Positions 1 to 13,400 of a DNA stretch of 64,000 bases are shown here, one piece after another. The notes under the pieces are model-generated. The model searched no databases, had not been told where the DNA came from, and saw nothing but the letters and a program-made list of their open reading frames with translations. Each line of letters opens with the position of its first letter. Position 1 is the first letter of the stretch. Source of the DNA: Geosiphon pyriformis uo1 (lineage: Eukaryota; Fungi; Glomeromycota); contig JAAOMT010000779.1 of the NCBI GenBank assembly GCA_016748015.1, positions 331,168 to 395,167 on the forward strand, written 5' to 3'. A program made the translations under genes and the position numbers.

Positions 1-321
1 AACTAAAGATACATTTCGGCGAACTACAAGTTATTTCTACAAACTATTAGATATTTCAGTGAACTATCAATTATTTCGGCGAATTTCTATAAATTTCGGT
101 GAACTTTTGAATGTTACATAGTTCGGGATATTGCATGATTGATCATCGCAATTAGGTTACATTTGTGTTGTATACAATTTGGGTTATTAATTAAATGATA
201 ATTTCGGACATTTTTGCTAATGTAATAAGTAATAATTTGAAATGATAATATATGCTAATTAATAATAGGAATTATAAGATAATTTTATGCTAAATAATAT
301 CTCTAATTTTGTTTGATAACA
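1..321. mobile_element. Partial LTR (fourth family, cut by window edge) inserted into the 3' part of LINE copy 1
   Basis: LINE ORF2 homology stops abruptly at 322. Bases 317-321 are TAACA, the same terminus as the intact LTR ends elsewhere in the window, followed by CCAT (candidate TSD half). ~20-bp tandem units (atttcggcgaact) at 12-105 resemble the repeat zones in the other LTR families. The other end lies outside the window. Confidence 0.6.
12..105. repeat. Degenerate ~20-bp tandem repeat (atttcggYgaact core)
   Basis: About five copies: atttcggcgaact, atttctacaaact, atttcagtgaact, atttcggcgaatt, atttcggtgaact. Confidence 0.7.
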
Positions 322-3079
322 CCATGACAACCCAGTCTATGCAACTAATCATCACATCTGAAACCACGTCACAACCAGGCCCAGCTTCCCAACGAGCACA
401 ACAAACAGACCAAAAAATATTTCTGACAAAATGATGGGCATTACCAGAAACAGCAACACCCTCAGCAACCAAAAAATGTTCATGCACATTGGCACAAAGA
501 GAAAAGGAAGATCCAGAGGCAGCCCCAACAGCCAAGTCAGCTTCCACATTACCAGAAATCACAGAGTGGCCTTTTACCTTAACTCAACTCACACTAAGAT
601 CCTTATCCCTGACCAAATTGAAAATATGATGCCTCTCCAGCCAGCATTGATTATGGAAATCAGGGGTGACCAAAAACATCTCAGACACACATGTGTCAAT
701 AGCAGCCTGGCTGTTAAGACATAATACTACAGTACTTGAAGAAAGAACACACTCCAAAGCCAAAGCGACAGCCTGCAATTCGGCTATAGTAGATGACAAA
801 AGACCACTAACAGCGATACCAATACTCTTACCCAAGACCAGAAAGTATGCAGCAGCACTACAGGCGACCTCAGTAGAGCCTGTATTCTTCAAAGACCCAT
901 TCGTAAAAACTTCAAAAAAGCCTGACCAAATGTCATGTAATTCATCTTTTACTGCAGAAAATTCCCCAGACTCCAAAATGTCCAAACCAAGCTTTTCTGC
1001 AGAGCCAATAGAACCAGAAAATAAACAAACCTGACTCTTCAAAAACTCAGAAGAAACCAAGAACCAATGAGGCACAAGGCCACGTAGATCCAATCTCTTT
1101 CAATGACAAAAAGTTTTCCAATCCAACAAAACACCTTTTTTATCAAAAAGCCGATCACCAAAAGCAACACCAAAGCATCTAAGAGATTTGACCAAGTCAA
1201 AATACAGAGACTTCTCAAGAATAGAGGACAACGGAAAATGACCAGGACTACGAAATGCAGTGGGAAGGTTGTTTACCAAAGAAAGCTCATTGCCCAAAAA
1301 AATCTTTCCCATCCCAGCCAAAAAATTGTTCACTGGACTAACACACAACCTGACCAGAAACTGCAAAGGATCCAAAGGAGCCCAACCAAAAATCTGCAAA
1401 TCCAAAAACCTATGTCTAAACAAATGCCCAAGAATACCAAAGGCATTAGAGAACATTATCAGAGCAGCAACCTTCCCCTCTGACTGCACCTGCTCAAAAG
1501 GCTTCAGGCCATACAATGAGGGATAATGCAAAGCAGCATCAAAAAAATCATGGGGGAGACAAGCCTTAAACCTAAGACTCTTTCTAACCAAGACATTCCA
1601 CTTACAACAAACATTAGCAGAGACAAAACTGAACTGAATATGATAGCTAACAATAGGCTGCAAAACAGCTGACACCAGATAGGAGAACTGTTTGTCTGTA
1701 ATAGCTTTCCTAAGCACAACATTGATGAAAAAACGCACATCTGTATAAGCCTTGGCAACACTTGGCTTGGAGAGTCTTTTAGTTGACAGAAAAATACCTA
1801 GATACTGATGTGTCTCCCCTTTTTTGGCAATAGAAATTGGCTGACCGCAAATGCTCAGTGAAGCAACTTTAACACTCTGATTGATGGGAATAGCTACCAT
1901 CTTCTCACTGTTAATAGAAATATCATTGATCACAAAAAATTCACTGGCAATGTTTAGAGCATATTGAGTAGAAGCCTGACAATTCCCAACCCAGATTATA
2001 TCATTAACAAATGCACCAGCCAAAAAATACGATGTCAAACCACCACTGCTCTCAATTCTGCCAGACTTTGAAACAAACTTAGTATCAATCCGGTACTTAC
2101 ACGATTGTTTGTGTCTCTTAACCTCACACAAAAATGGATCGTAAAAAATTCTCCACAGAAGCGGTGAAAAGATCTCACTCTGATCCAGCCCATCATGTAC
2201 CTTATAATCACCAGACAAACCAAAGTCAGTCATTATCCTATTAACTCTATTCTTATGAATACCACCAAAAAACCTTATAAATCTCTTACACATCTTGACA
2301 TGCCGCAAACTAGCCCTTAAATAATGCCACCCAACTGAATTGTAAGCTTTCCGCATATCCTGCAAGACCAATCATAACTCTCTATCCTTCTTCATGGCAT
2401 TTTCAATCACCGAACTGACAGCAAACACTGGAGATTGTGTGGATGTACCCTTCAGCACCAAAAAATTGTCACCTCGAAGAATGTTGAACTTGCTACAAGC
2501 CATTAAAATATGATCAAACAGAACCTTAGAAAGAATTTTCCTGGCAGTCTCAATTAAAGCAATGGGCAGAGTGTTCGTAAAAGCTCCATCCCAGTCATAA
2601 GGCTTAGGAATCATTGACACCCAAGCCCTCTTCCACAAAACAGGCACCACACCAACAGACAAACACTTATTAAACAGCACCAACAGGCACCCCAAAACTA
2701 CCTCACCACTATGTTTTCACAACTCATTAGGAACACCAGACAAACCAGCAGCCTTGTTATCAGGCAGACCACTAACAACAGAAAGTAACTTGCCCATACT
2801 GATTGCACTTATAACACCCAAAAAGGCATCATCCTGCACATGGTCCAAAGATGCGTACTGTCAAGCCCAAAGATCAGGAAGCTCTAACTGCACAGAGCGT
2901 TTCCTCGTCCACCCCTCCATTATCTTATCTATGCTTGACTTCACCTCTTCAGGAAACAAAACCAGATCATCATCAACTATCAAGTGATCCAACACCACCT
3001 TGTGAAAAGGCTTTTCCAACACACTTCTGATCATACTACCCTTATCCAAACAGAAATTATCCATGCGCTTCTCAATCGC

Positions 3080-3786
3080 TGTTACGGTTTAAGAATTTAG
3101 CAAAAAGAATCATAAAAATAATACAAACTATTCAATCATAATATAGCACAGTAATAATCTTAGAAAGGTAATGATTAACATAGTAGCAAACACCATCTTG
3201 CGATAGTGGCAAGCATCAGTTCACAATAGCAGCCAACACCAACTGGTGATAGCAGCAAGCACCAGGTTGAAATATCAAAAAGAAAGTATTTTCTCGTAGA
3301 ACTACAAACATGNNNNNNNNNNNNNNNNNNNNNNNNNNNNNNNNNNNNNNNNNNNNNNNNNNNNNNNNNNNNNNNNNNNNNNNNNNNNNNNNNNNNNNNN
3401 NNNNNNNNNNNNNNNNNNNNNNNNNNNNNNNNNNNNNNNNNTTGTTATTAATTGATAAAAGCTTTATTGTGAGAATTAGAAAAGCGCTAAAGACCATTAA
3501 CATTCTGTGTTTCTAGATTAGAGAAACACATCAGGCAATTGCAAGGATAGCCTCAGAGAAGACCCCAGACAGTGAGTAGATTTCAGTTTAGCCTCTGAGA
3601 AGGAGTACATAAACACACACAACAATCAAGAATTAAAGAATAACTTACATCGCAACAGTAAAAAGAAAGTCTTCAGTGTAACAGTGACATTATCACACAA
3701 ATAGAATTGAGGAACTCACGAAAGACTGATTGCAATTAAAGTGGGATATCAGCAATTAAATATAACAAGAAAACCATCCCGTAACA
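3080..3786 (+). mobile_element. Apparent solo LTR of Gypsy family C, spanning an assembly gap
   Basis: TGTTACGG...CCGTAACA 8-bp inverted termini. 4-bp TSD TCGC (3076-3079 / 3787-3790). Sequence matches the reverse complement of the LTRs at 48448-49298 and 57260-58110. Confidence 0.9.
3313..3441. other. Assembly gap (129 N)
   Basis: Run of N in the sequence. Confidence 1.
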
Positions 3787-5022
3787 TCGCCTTCCTAACT
3801 GAAGCTTCCTCAGCCAATCTCGACTCAAACATCTTTGACCTCCTATAATTTCTGTGAACCAATGACAAATGCCTAACAACAACATCAGATTTAACTCCCG
3901 AGCCAACCAAGTCCTTGAAAGCACGAGCCTTCGCATCATCCAGAGTTGACTATTTACTCACAAGACGATTAGTACCCAGCAAATCACCCGAGCAAAATTT
4001 CTTGACAATCTTGGCCACCAACAATTTCAGACCAAAGAACCTAGAAGAATGTTTGTTTCTTGAACACTTGAATTTACTAAACCAATGCCTTGAAAATGTC
4101 ACATCAGCAGAATCTACCACAGCTCCCATCAAAACTGCCCACATAGCATCCACATCACCACGCATTTCAGCACCAGAGAAAGCCTCACCCAAAGACAAGA
4201 GTTTTGCTGAAGAAAGATCCTTAAACTTAGCCCATCCAGCACAGTCAGCATTCTTGATTTTAAACTTCCAACAATCTTTATTTGCCTGCTTGTGCAAACT
4301 ATTCAATTGTACATCCAGAAGCCCACCCAAACTGACCGAAACCACAACTGCCCTGTGATCAGTGTTAAAGAAATCTGAAACAGAGACAACTTAATGACCA
4401 ACAACAGCAGAAGACAAATTACCACCAACAAAAATGTAATCAATTGTTTTCCCAACTCCTCTCAAATTGCTCCATGTATGAGAATCAGCCAAATAATGAC
4501 CAATGAATGAATTGACCAAACCCAAACTCAAACAAAACTTGAAACTAGCACTTTTACTAGATCCATTCTCATTAAAGTCCCCACCCAAGATAACAAAATT
4601 GCTGGAGTTGACAGCCTTTGCAATGAGAGAGTTAACTTCAGAAGCCTGACCAAACCTAGTCCCAGAAGAGGCACCAGCATACAACCCCAAAACAGTAACT
4701 GAGAGCCTGCCCTTAAACAAAAGCCAAATAGAAACAACCTGACCAGAAATCTCCTTCACCTTAGACACATGACGAGCCAAAGAAATGTTCATAATAATTG
4801 CAACTCCAGCACCCATAAAACCTTTATCCAATCCTGAAGAAAAAATTCGCACTCCATTAAATTTATCCTTAATCCATGGTCCAGAAGAAGACCTTAACTT
4901 TGTCTCAGTGATAAAAGAAACCATGTTTCCCGAGTTTACATGCCAACAAACAATATCTGCTTGCTTCACAGGAACATTGATACCTCAAATGTTGCACATA
5001 GCAAATTTCCAGACCAAACTAC

Positions 5023-6965
5023 TCATTGAGGCAAAGGAAGAGCCGACGAACCTGATCCAGAATGCAAATAATCCAATTTACCTAAAACTAAGTGAATTAA
5101 AGCCTCCAGAGCCACCATATTTGACTCCAAACTGCCAATCTTGGCAGTCAGAACCTTAGAACTGCTCAGACTGAAGTCAACAAACAACTCACCAATGTTG
5201 GAAAGAAAGGAGACAGATAATGACAACGTATCATCCGAAGCCAAACCTGAGTCCATATCTGAAACAACGGCAGTTGGAGACACTAAAGGAAAAGCTGAGG
5301 GAAGGGGCGCCAATGACACCAAGTCAATGAAACTCAATTTCTTCAAAATAAGTGAGACCTGATCCGAGAGAATTTCTATGGAGCATTTCAGTACAGCCAG
5401 TCGACCACCCAAATCAACAGCACTAGACGAGGAGAAATCCATCGAGAAAGCTTTCGAACCAGAGATCAAACCAACACCAAGAGCACCTGAAGAGACAACA
5501 TGAGAGAAAGAGCCACTTGCCACTTGGGCCCATGTTTTTCCACCAAAAGAAACTGGGCGAACAATTGGCACCTGCTTCTTCCTATAAATATTGGCCAACC
5601 GCACCCTATCTTGAGAAGTTACCACATGTTTTCCATGACCATCAGACCCCCTACTCACAGAACAGTTAACAGCAGTATGACCAAACAGTTTGCAATGAGC
5701 ACAACTGGCCAAAGAAAGACCAGCCCAACACAAGCCCACACCTTTAAAGACTGGAACCGAACCAATAGCAGCCAACTTGGATGCCTCACTTTCAAAACAA
5801 ATACAGCACACCGATCACAAACATATGAAGTTGGATTACAGCCTATAAAACAAGTTTTCCTATCATAAGTCTCCACCAATTCAGACAAATCATGAGCAGT
5901 CATGCCAATTGAAAGAGTATACAACAAAGCCCAAAACCTATCCCTTAATACCCATGATTGTTTATCATTAACAGCCTTTGCTACATGAACAGAATCTTTT
6001 TCCACAAGAACAGACCATCTAGCTGCGACTAAATCAACTACCTCCAATAATTCAAATTTTACTAGGGCCTTTTGCCAAAGACCAATGAGCTGCATCTTGA
6101 TTGATACAATTTTTTCAAATTTAGAAAACACCGCCTTAACCATAGATTTGGGAAGATCAACAGAGATTTCCTTGATTATCACCTCCCGATCTGAACAACT
6201 GTTTACCTTTCTGAGATCATTATTTACCATGATTTTTTCACTGATCACCATATTTTTTGCCCTGCCCAAACTTAATTCAGAAGTGAATATAGATCTTATT
6301 ATGCCAGGAAATTTTAAGAGAGTTAAAACTCCCCCAAATCCATCAATTCGATAAAAGATTTTTTTAATTGTTATCAACTTATCAACATTTGTCTTCTCAG
6401 ATACTGCTGAAACCTCAATATCTAATGCAAAAGATTTTACTGGCTCGAAATTTCTTTTTACCGGGGCACATGACCTGATATACGGCACCTGATTGGCACC
6501 ATCAAATTTAGAGGGAGGAAGCTCCAGCACATCGTCATCGTCACTCATATGGTCGAACAAAGGTTGCTTCAGTGGGTTGCCCAGCATGTATGTTTGAGTA
6601 CAAGTCTTTCTCGGCATAGTTTTGTCCATGCCAATGTCCTCACTTGATTCCGCATAGCAGGTTTCTTCGGCCACCATGTTTATCATATTTTCGACATCTG
6701 AGAAACCACTGACACTACTAGCAACACTGCCAACCTCACTGCTCTAGGACACTACAGGCTTGGTACTAGCACCACCAATATCCTCCAGACTCAGCAATCC
6801 AGCAGACAAGTCGACCACATTATCAGTAACAGGCTTTTTTGGTTTCTTGTAGGATGCACTCCAAGAATAGACCATATCCACGCGCTTCTTCTTCACACTC
6901 TGGCAGGTCCCTAAACCAGCCAAAACCGAGCCAGAATCACCAGCAGAAGAGCCTACTGGTTCCAT
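5023..6965 (-). pseudogene. LINE copy 1 ORF1 (RRM-like domains + CCHC knuckle), frameshifted
   Basis: RRM-like segment VIIKEISVDLPKSMVKAVFSKF...WQKALVKF and knuckle CAHCKLFGHTAVNC. Split over three ORF-track entries. Confidence 0.85.
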
Positions 6966-7489
6966 TGCAACAAATAGAGGTATATTAAAAGAAATGACTT
7001 GATAAATGAAGGGTAAAGGAATAAAGTAAAGCGATTTCTCCTAAAAAAATTCTTTGCTCTCGCAGCAGCCAGGGGATCAACGAGAGAAAAGTTTTTATTT
7101 TATAATTAAAACAATTAATAAACTAATAGATTTAATAATAGATTTAATTAAAAAACCAACTTAAATTAAATATAAATTAATAATAATAACAGAAAAAAAG
7201 TCAAAAAAACAACAGTTTTTACACATAATTTTATATTAATAAATTAATTTTATAAATTTTAAAACTTAATATTAATTTAAATATAAATTTTAAAATATAA
7301 AATAAAAATATCTTATATTTAAAAACCAAATAATTTAAATTTTAATATTTAAATAATATTAATAACTAAATATTTTTAATTAAATACAATTTTTTTTAAG
7401 ATATTAATATTAATATTATTATTATTATTTAAATTTTTTTAAAAATTAAAAATATTATATTTTAACTGTTAAATAAAATAACAAAAAAA

Positions 7490-10400
7490 CTTTTTTTTTT
7501 TTTATGTTTAAATTCTACAAAGAGCATTTTTTTGAAAAAAAAGTTTTTTATTTTTATTTTTATTTTTTCTTTATTATTATTTTTAATATTTTATAAACAA
7601 ATAATCCTTTTGTAATAGACTTAGTAACTACTTTTGATAGCAATATATTTAAAAAAGACACTTAAAAAAACTTTTTATGGACCAGTTAGAAGTTTTTTTT
7701 CTCAGAAAAAAAAAGTTTTTATAAATAATATTAAGTACTTTGGTGATAAAAAGAATATTTTTTAATTAAATCTGGTTTTAATAGTAAATTTAACAATAGT
7801 AAAAGTAAAAGTTTTTTAGTAAGTATTAGTAATAGTAGTTTTTTTAGTTCAATAGCAATAACTTTTAAGACTAAAAAAATTAATACTGGTTTGGAATATA
7901 ATTTCTCTATTAATATAATTAACTTTAACATAGATGAAAATAAAAAACTTTTTTTTTTTCTTCTTAATATATCTTTGAACAAAAAATGAATTAATTTTAA
8001 AATAGTAAAAACTTAAATAAAAATAACTGTCAAAAAATTTTTTGTTTTAAATATTAATCTTTTAGCAATAAAAAACAAATTAATAATAACAAAAACTTAG
8101 ATAATTAAAAAAAAATTTTCAATAATTAATAGTTTTAAAGAGAGCCACTACTTTTTTAAAATTTGAAAAAATTATCAGATCTATATTTACTTTAAAAAAA
8201 GCATAGAAAAAGCTATATTATTGGCCAGAAAAAAAAATTATCATAAACAATGATCTCAAAAAACAAAAAATACATTCAGATTTAAGCTGTAGTTATTAAA
8301 AAAAATTTCATAAATACACCAAAAAAAATGATTATTATTGCAATATTTGAGTTTGGTCAAATTAAGTCAATCCAATTGCAGTTAATTAGACTGTAGCAAA
8401 AAGCTATAGTAAAATTTACTAAATCTAGTTAAACAGATCTGTTAACAGCAAGATGATTATTTCTAATCAAAAAAAATTCAATGTATATAGCCAAGACTAT
8501 AAAAGATTATAATATATAAATGTTTAAAAATTAATTTAGAGTATTTTTGTTTATACTTTCAATGAAAACTACTGTATATAATTTGAGTACTTTGTTAAAA
8601 AAGACTGGTAAAAAAATTTGTATTATAAATTGATTATTTAAAACAAACAATAAGATTTACTGTGCTGTAATTGGCTTTAAATCAGATTAAGATTTAAAAT
8701 CAGCTTTTTACATAAAGTTAATATTTAGTAACATGAAACTTTCTTGAATTAAACTTGATTTGGTATAATATAAAAAGTGTGGACATTTTGGACATTTTTT
8801 TTTCAAGTATAACTCTTTAGTTTTTTCTGCTTTGGCTCAAAAAAAAGTTTATAAAAAATTTATTTTAGATTAAAATTGTTCTTAATAATGTTTATTTTGT
8901 TTTTGTTTTTGAATTTTTTTTTTAATGTTTCACTCCCTAATAATATGATCTTTAATTTTTAAGATACATTTATAATTAGTAATTAATTGGCTTTTTTAGA
9001 ATGTTCTTTGGAGCTTCTGGCTAATTAGATGTCTAGTATTATAAAGAAGCTAAGTGATATAAAGCTGATTTTTCTAACAACAGTACATCAATACTTGTCT
9101 CTAATTGTTTCTATATTATCACTTTCAAAATTAAACTTAGATATAGTTTTAGATAATCTGTTATTGTTATTTATTTATTTTTATTCAATAATTAAGGATA
9201 AAAGTTCGGATTTAGGTTTTAATAACTCAAAAATTTTAACTACCAAGATAAACAAGCTTAGAATTAAAAATAATGGCTTTTAAGATTTTAATAAATTTGG
9301 TTTTAGTAAAATTAGATTAATTATGCATTGGCTTAGGTTTTCTGATATTATTTTTATCTCAATAACCAATTATATTTGGAAGTTTGCTATATATAATATA
9401 AGAAAAATGAACAATTCTGCCAAACAAAAAATATTATTTGCTAATACAAAAATATAGACAATTTTATATATATTGTTATAGAAACAAAATTAAGAAGTAA
9501 GATTTGATCTTGAATAATAAACAAATTTAATAAGATTAAAATATTTACATTAAGTATTAACATTAATCATTTAAGCTCTGGTGTTGCTATAATAATTAAT
9601 AATAATATTATTAGACATATATGCAAAGTTTCAAAGATGACTGGTCAGTTTTTGTCAATATATTTGCTATTTAAGAATTGTTTCACAGTTTCTATTTTGG
9701 GTTTATATATTAAAACTACTCTAAAAAAAAGATTAACTTAATTCTGTAAAATTAATTTAATAGTGGCTAAAGTTTTAAAAAGTAGTGTTTTCATGGTTCT
9801 TAAAAATAACTTTAATAAAAATAATTTTGTCTAGAATATAAATTTCAAAAGATTTTTGGACTTAGGTCTGTGTAATTTTTTTAGTGGCTCTTTATTGTAT
9901 AATTTGCCAATATAGTCCAATTTTAGAGAGATTAGTAAGTACATAAACTTTATTTTGATTAGTAATAGTTTTTGAAATTTATTTTTCAATTAATAAATTT
10001 ATTATCCAGATGTGTTTTTCAATATTAATCATATGATTGTCTTGGTAAATATTAGATTAAGAGGATTTTTTAGTTCTCAATTTATCTTAATATACAAATA
10101 AGCTATCAAAAATAAGTGAAAATTTAAAGTTAGTAGTATTAGTAAAAAAGTTTAGAAAAAATATAAAAATTTATTAATAACTGTTACTTTGGCTATTACT
10201 GATAATTTTGAGAACTATAAAAAAAGAATTAATATTAATAGAATATAAAAACTGCTTAGTTAGGTTATGTGTTCTGTTGTAAGTATTGTTTTTTTAAAAT
10301 CATAATATTAAAGTAATAGTACAGCCAAATATGCTGTATTCTTTAAGTTTTGTAAGTTAAAACTGTTAATATTAAAAGTCTTAAAGACATATAAATTGGA

Positions 10401-13400
10401 CAACTTAAATAGATTTCAGGCCTTGATTAATAAGTGAATTGAATTGAATTCTGGCTAAATAGTTGAATTTAGAAATTTTATTGGTTATAGTTACAATAAA
10501 GTTTTAATTAAACAATTATTAATTCATTCTAAAAAGATTTATAAGTTTTATAAGATAGTAAAATTTAAAGCTATTAAGAATTTTTGTATTAGATTTACTA
10601 TTGTTAAATATATAAAAGCTTTTGCTAATAACAAAAATCAGATGATAAGAAGCATACTGAAAAGACTTTTTAAAAAAGTTATACTAAATTATTTGATTAA
10701 TAATAGTAATCTGGTTTTGGAGTCTGATTTGGTCAAACATAAAGTTGATTTAATTATAAAAAATTGGATCAAAAAACAAGCTGTTAAAGATATTGTTCTC
10801 TTTTGTTAATAAAAACAATTCATGCTTCTTAATTATATCAAGAATAAAGTTTTTTTTGATATTATAGAGCATATTAGTCTTGATAAATTCTTATTAGTAA
10901 TTAAAAATCTACTTAATAGTAAAGCTGCTAGTCTGTTTAATATTTTTAATAATTTTTTTTATTTCTATTTAATATGTATTTAATAATAAAATCAGTTTTT
11001 AATATCTGAAAAGAAATCTAAATGTTAATAATTTTGAAGCTTTATAAATAAGAAGGTGTTTTGACAAATATAAAACCAATTGTTATTAAAATTACAAAAA
11101 AAATTCTGTCAAAAGTTTTGTTAGATTGGATATTTAAAGTCTATAGTAAATATAATATTTTACATAAAAGCAATTTTTTAGTTTTAAAAGACATTTTAAT
11201 ACAGTTTCTTATATTTGCTGTTAGATCTGTTGTTAAAAATGCTCTAGAAAAAGACAAAAAAATTTGGCTGGTACTTTAGAATATACACAAGACTTATGAC
11301 TTAATGGGCTGATTATATTTGAAAAAGAATTTAAAAAGAATTAAAATATGTGACAAGTTTATTTGATTTTTTAGTTATATTTATAATAATTATAAAAATA
11401 GAGTGATAATAGATTTTGGTTTGTTTGATGATTACAAGATTCATAATGAGCTAAATTAAGGTGAAATTTTTTTGTCTCTTCTTTAAAAAATTTTTTATAA
11501 CTCTTTTTTGTGTAAAGTGAAAAGATACAATTTATTTTTTGAATACTATATAGATATTAAGTTTATTACTAAAACTGACAAGATTAAGTCTAATACAAAT
11601 TTGACTTTTTATTTGGCTGCTAGTGTTTTTGTAAATGATATAATTTAAATTGACAATTGTCATATAATGATACAAAACATTTTGGACATTGTTAATGAAT
11701 TTTTTAATTTTATAAGTATTTCAATTAATATAAATAAAACAGTAGTTATTCCAATAAATTCGAGATCTAATAGTGTTTTTTTGAATATAAGTGAATTTTT
11801 TATCTCAATTGTAAAAGCTGGTAAAACTTATTTGTATTTGAGTATTTTCTTATTAATTAAAAGTTTTTTTGTTCTAAATATAAAAAAAACAAATTTAAAT
11901 ATAAAGTTTTTCTTATTTATAATCTTGTATAAAGTAATATTAGATAAGCAATTTTCCTATTTGGTTTCAGCAGTCTTGTAGTTAATAATTGAAAACAGAA
12001 CTCAGTTTAGCTTTGTTAATAGAAGTATATATGAAAAATAAGACTTTTTAATTAGAAAAAAATTGAAATTCAAGACCAATTTACCAAATAACTTTCTTAA
12101 TAAAACTGTATATTATTTATTTTTATATAATTTAAAATTTTTTAATCAGATTTAAACAGAGAAAAAGATAGCATTGATTATAAATTTTACCAATACTGGT
12201 AGTATTCTTGATTAGTTTTTATATATAAGTTGTTAGATTTACAAGTTCTGGAATGGGTTCTTTATAACTTATTTCAATTTTTTTTTAAGCTAAAGATCAA
12301 TTTAATTAACAATTTTTTAGCTGGTATTACTTGTATTTTTTTGCACAATAAAATTTTTCTGGCTAATAGTATGCTTAATATCCTTTATATTAAAAGTAGA
12401 ATCTCTGTTATAAATATTTTAGATCAAATAGAATATTTTTAGATTTATAGATTTTTTAAGTATTTTAGTATAGCTTTTGCAAATTAGCTTTGGAATAGTT
12501 ATAGAAAATGGTTTTTTTGAAAAAAATTTTGTTATTGAAAACAGTTAAATTTCAAAAAGCTAATTTTTTTTTGGTTTATGCAGATTTCAAAATTTATCAG
12601 AGATAATAGTCTAGCTTGTGATCTTTTGTCTGCTTTTGAACACTATTCTAAAATAGTATTAACTAATATATATAATTTTAGTATTATTTTTTCTAGTTTA
12701 AAGAATGTATTTTTGTTTGAAATCTCAATTTACACTAATGGCTTTATAAAAAACTTCAGTTTTTCTGGTGTAGTTGGTAGTACTATTGCTTACTTTTTTG
12801 ATTTGGGTTTAAATATAATTATAGAAATTTATGATTTGTTTTCTTTAACTTTGATTAAGATACAAGCTATTGTATTGGTTTTTAAATATGTTCTGGTTTT
12901 TTTCAATATTATAATTTTTTTTAACAGCCAAGCTTTTATAGATATGTATTAAACTAAATTAAAATTCGAAACTCCTGATTTTTGCAATAAGTGTTGGATT
13001 AAGTATTATTGTATTAATAATTTAATTAAAATTAAAGATATTTCTGTAAATAAATTAAAGTAAAAAGCCATTTTAGTATTTTAAATAATGAGTGTACTAA
13101 TAAACTGGTAAATCAGACTATGTATTTAAGACTTGTTTTTTCAATAAATATTAAGGAAAAGTTTTTAGTGGCTAATAATAAAATAATATTTGGAAATGCT
13201 TGATATTTTATTAAAATATTTTTAATAGAAAGTTGGATCTGATTTTAATGCTGTAAATTCTTCATATATTGTTAACATTAATTAGAAACTTACTGTTTTG
13301 GTTTGACATCTCAATTTTTATATAGCAGCTAAATACACAAATAAAAAAACTGTTGACTTATATATGTACTTAATAAAAGCACTATATAGAAAGTTGTTTA

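Larger units (their letters stand above)
322..5026 (-). pseudogene. LINE copy 1 ORF2 (AP endonuclease - RT - RNase H), with stops and an LTR insertion
   Basis: ATG at 5026-5024 overlaps the ORF1 TGA (5025-5023). Domain motifs as listed for the element. Confidence 0.9.
322..7091 (-). mobile_element. Non-LTR retrotransposon (LINE copy 1), ORF1 + ORF2 with RNase H, degenerate
   Basis: 5' end CTTTTCTCTC at ~7091. ORF1 fragments 6744-6965, 5655-6686, 5023-5811. APE 4391-4969 (ITETKL, LGGDFNE, TIDYIF). RT 1100-2695 (LPIALIE, QDMRKAYNSV, AFVND). RNase H 584-1093 (FTNGS, AELQA, NSQAA). Interrupted by a solo LTR at 3080-3786. Confidence 0.95.

Noticed and set aside
12-105. CRISPR-like appearance of short repeats here and in the LTRs
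   Set aside because: Degenerate head-to-tail units without unique spacers, no cas genes, and a eukaryotic context.
3216-3516. ORFs 3216-3503 and 3310-3516
   Set aside because: Artefacts of translating through the N gap.
431-6354. Numerous plus-strand ORFs over LINE 1, and similar antisense ORFs over other elements and WAPL exon 1
   Set aside because: Shadow frames opposite recognisable coding sequence, with no motifs of their own.
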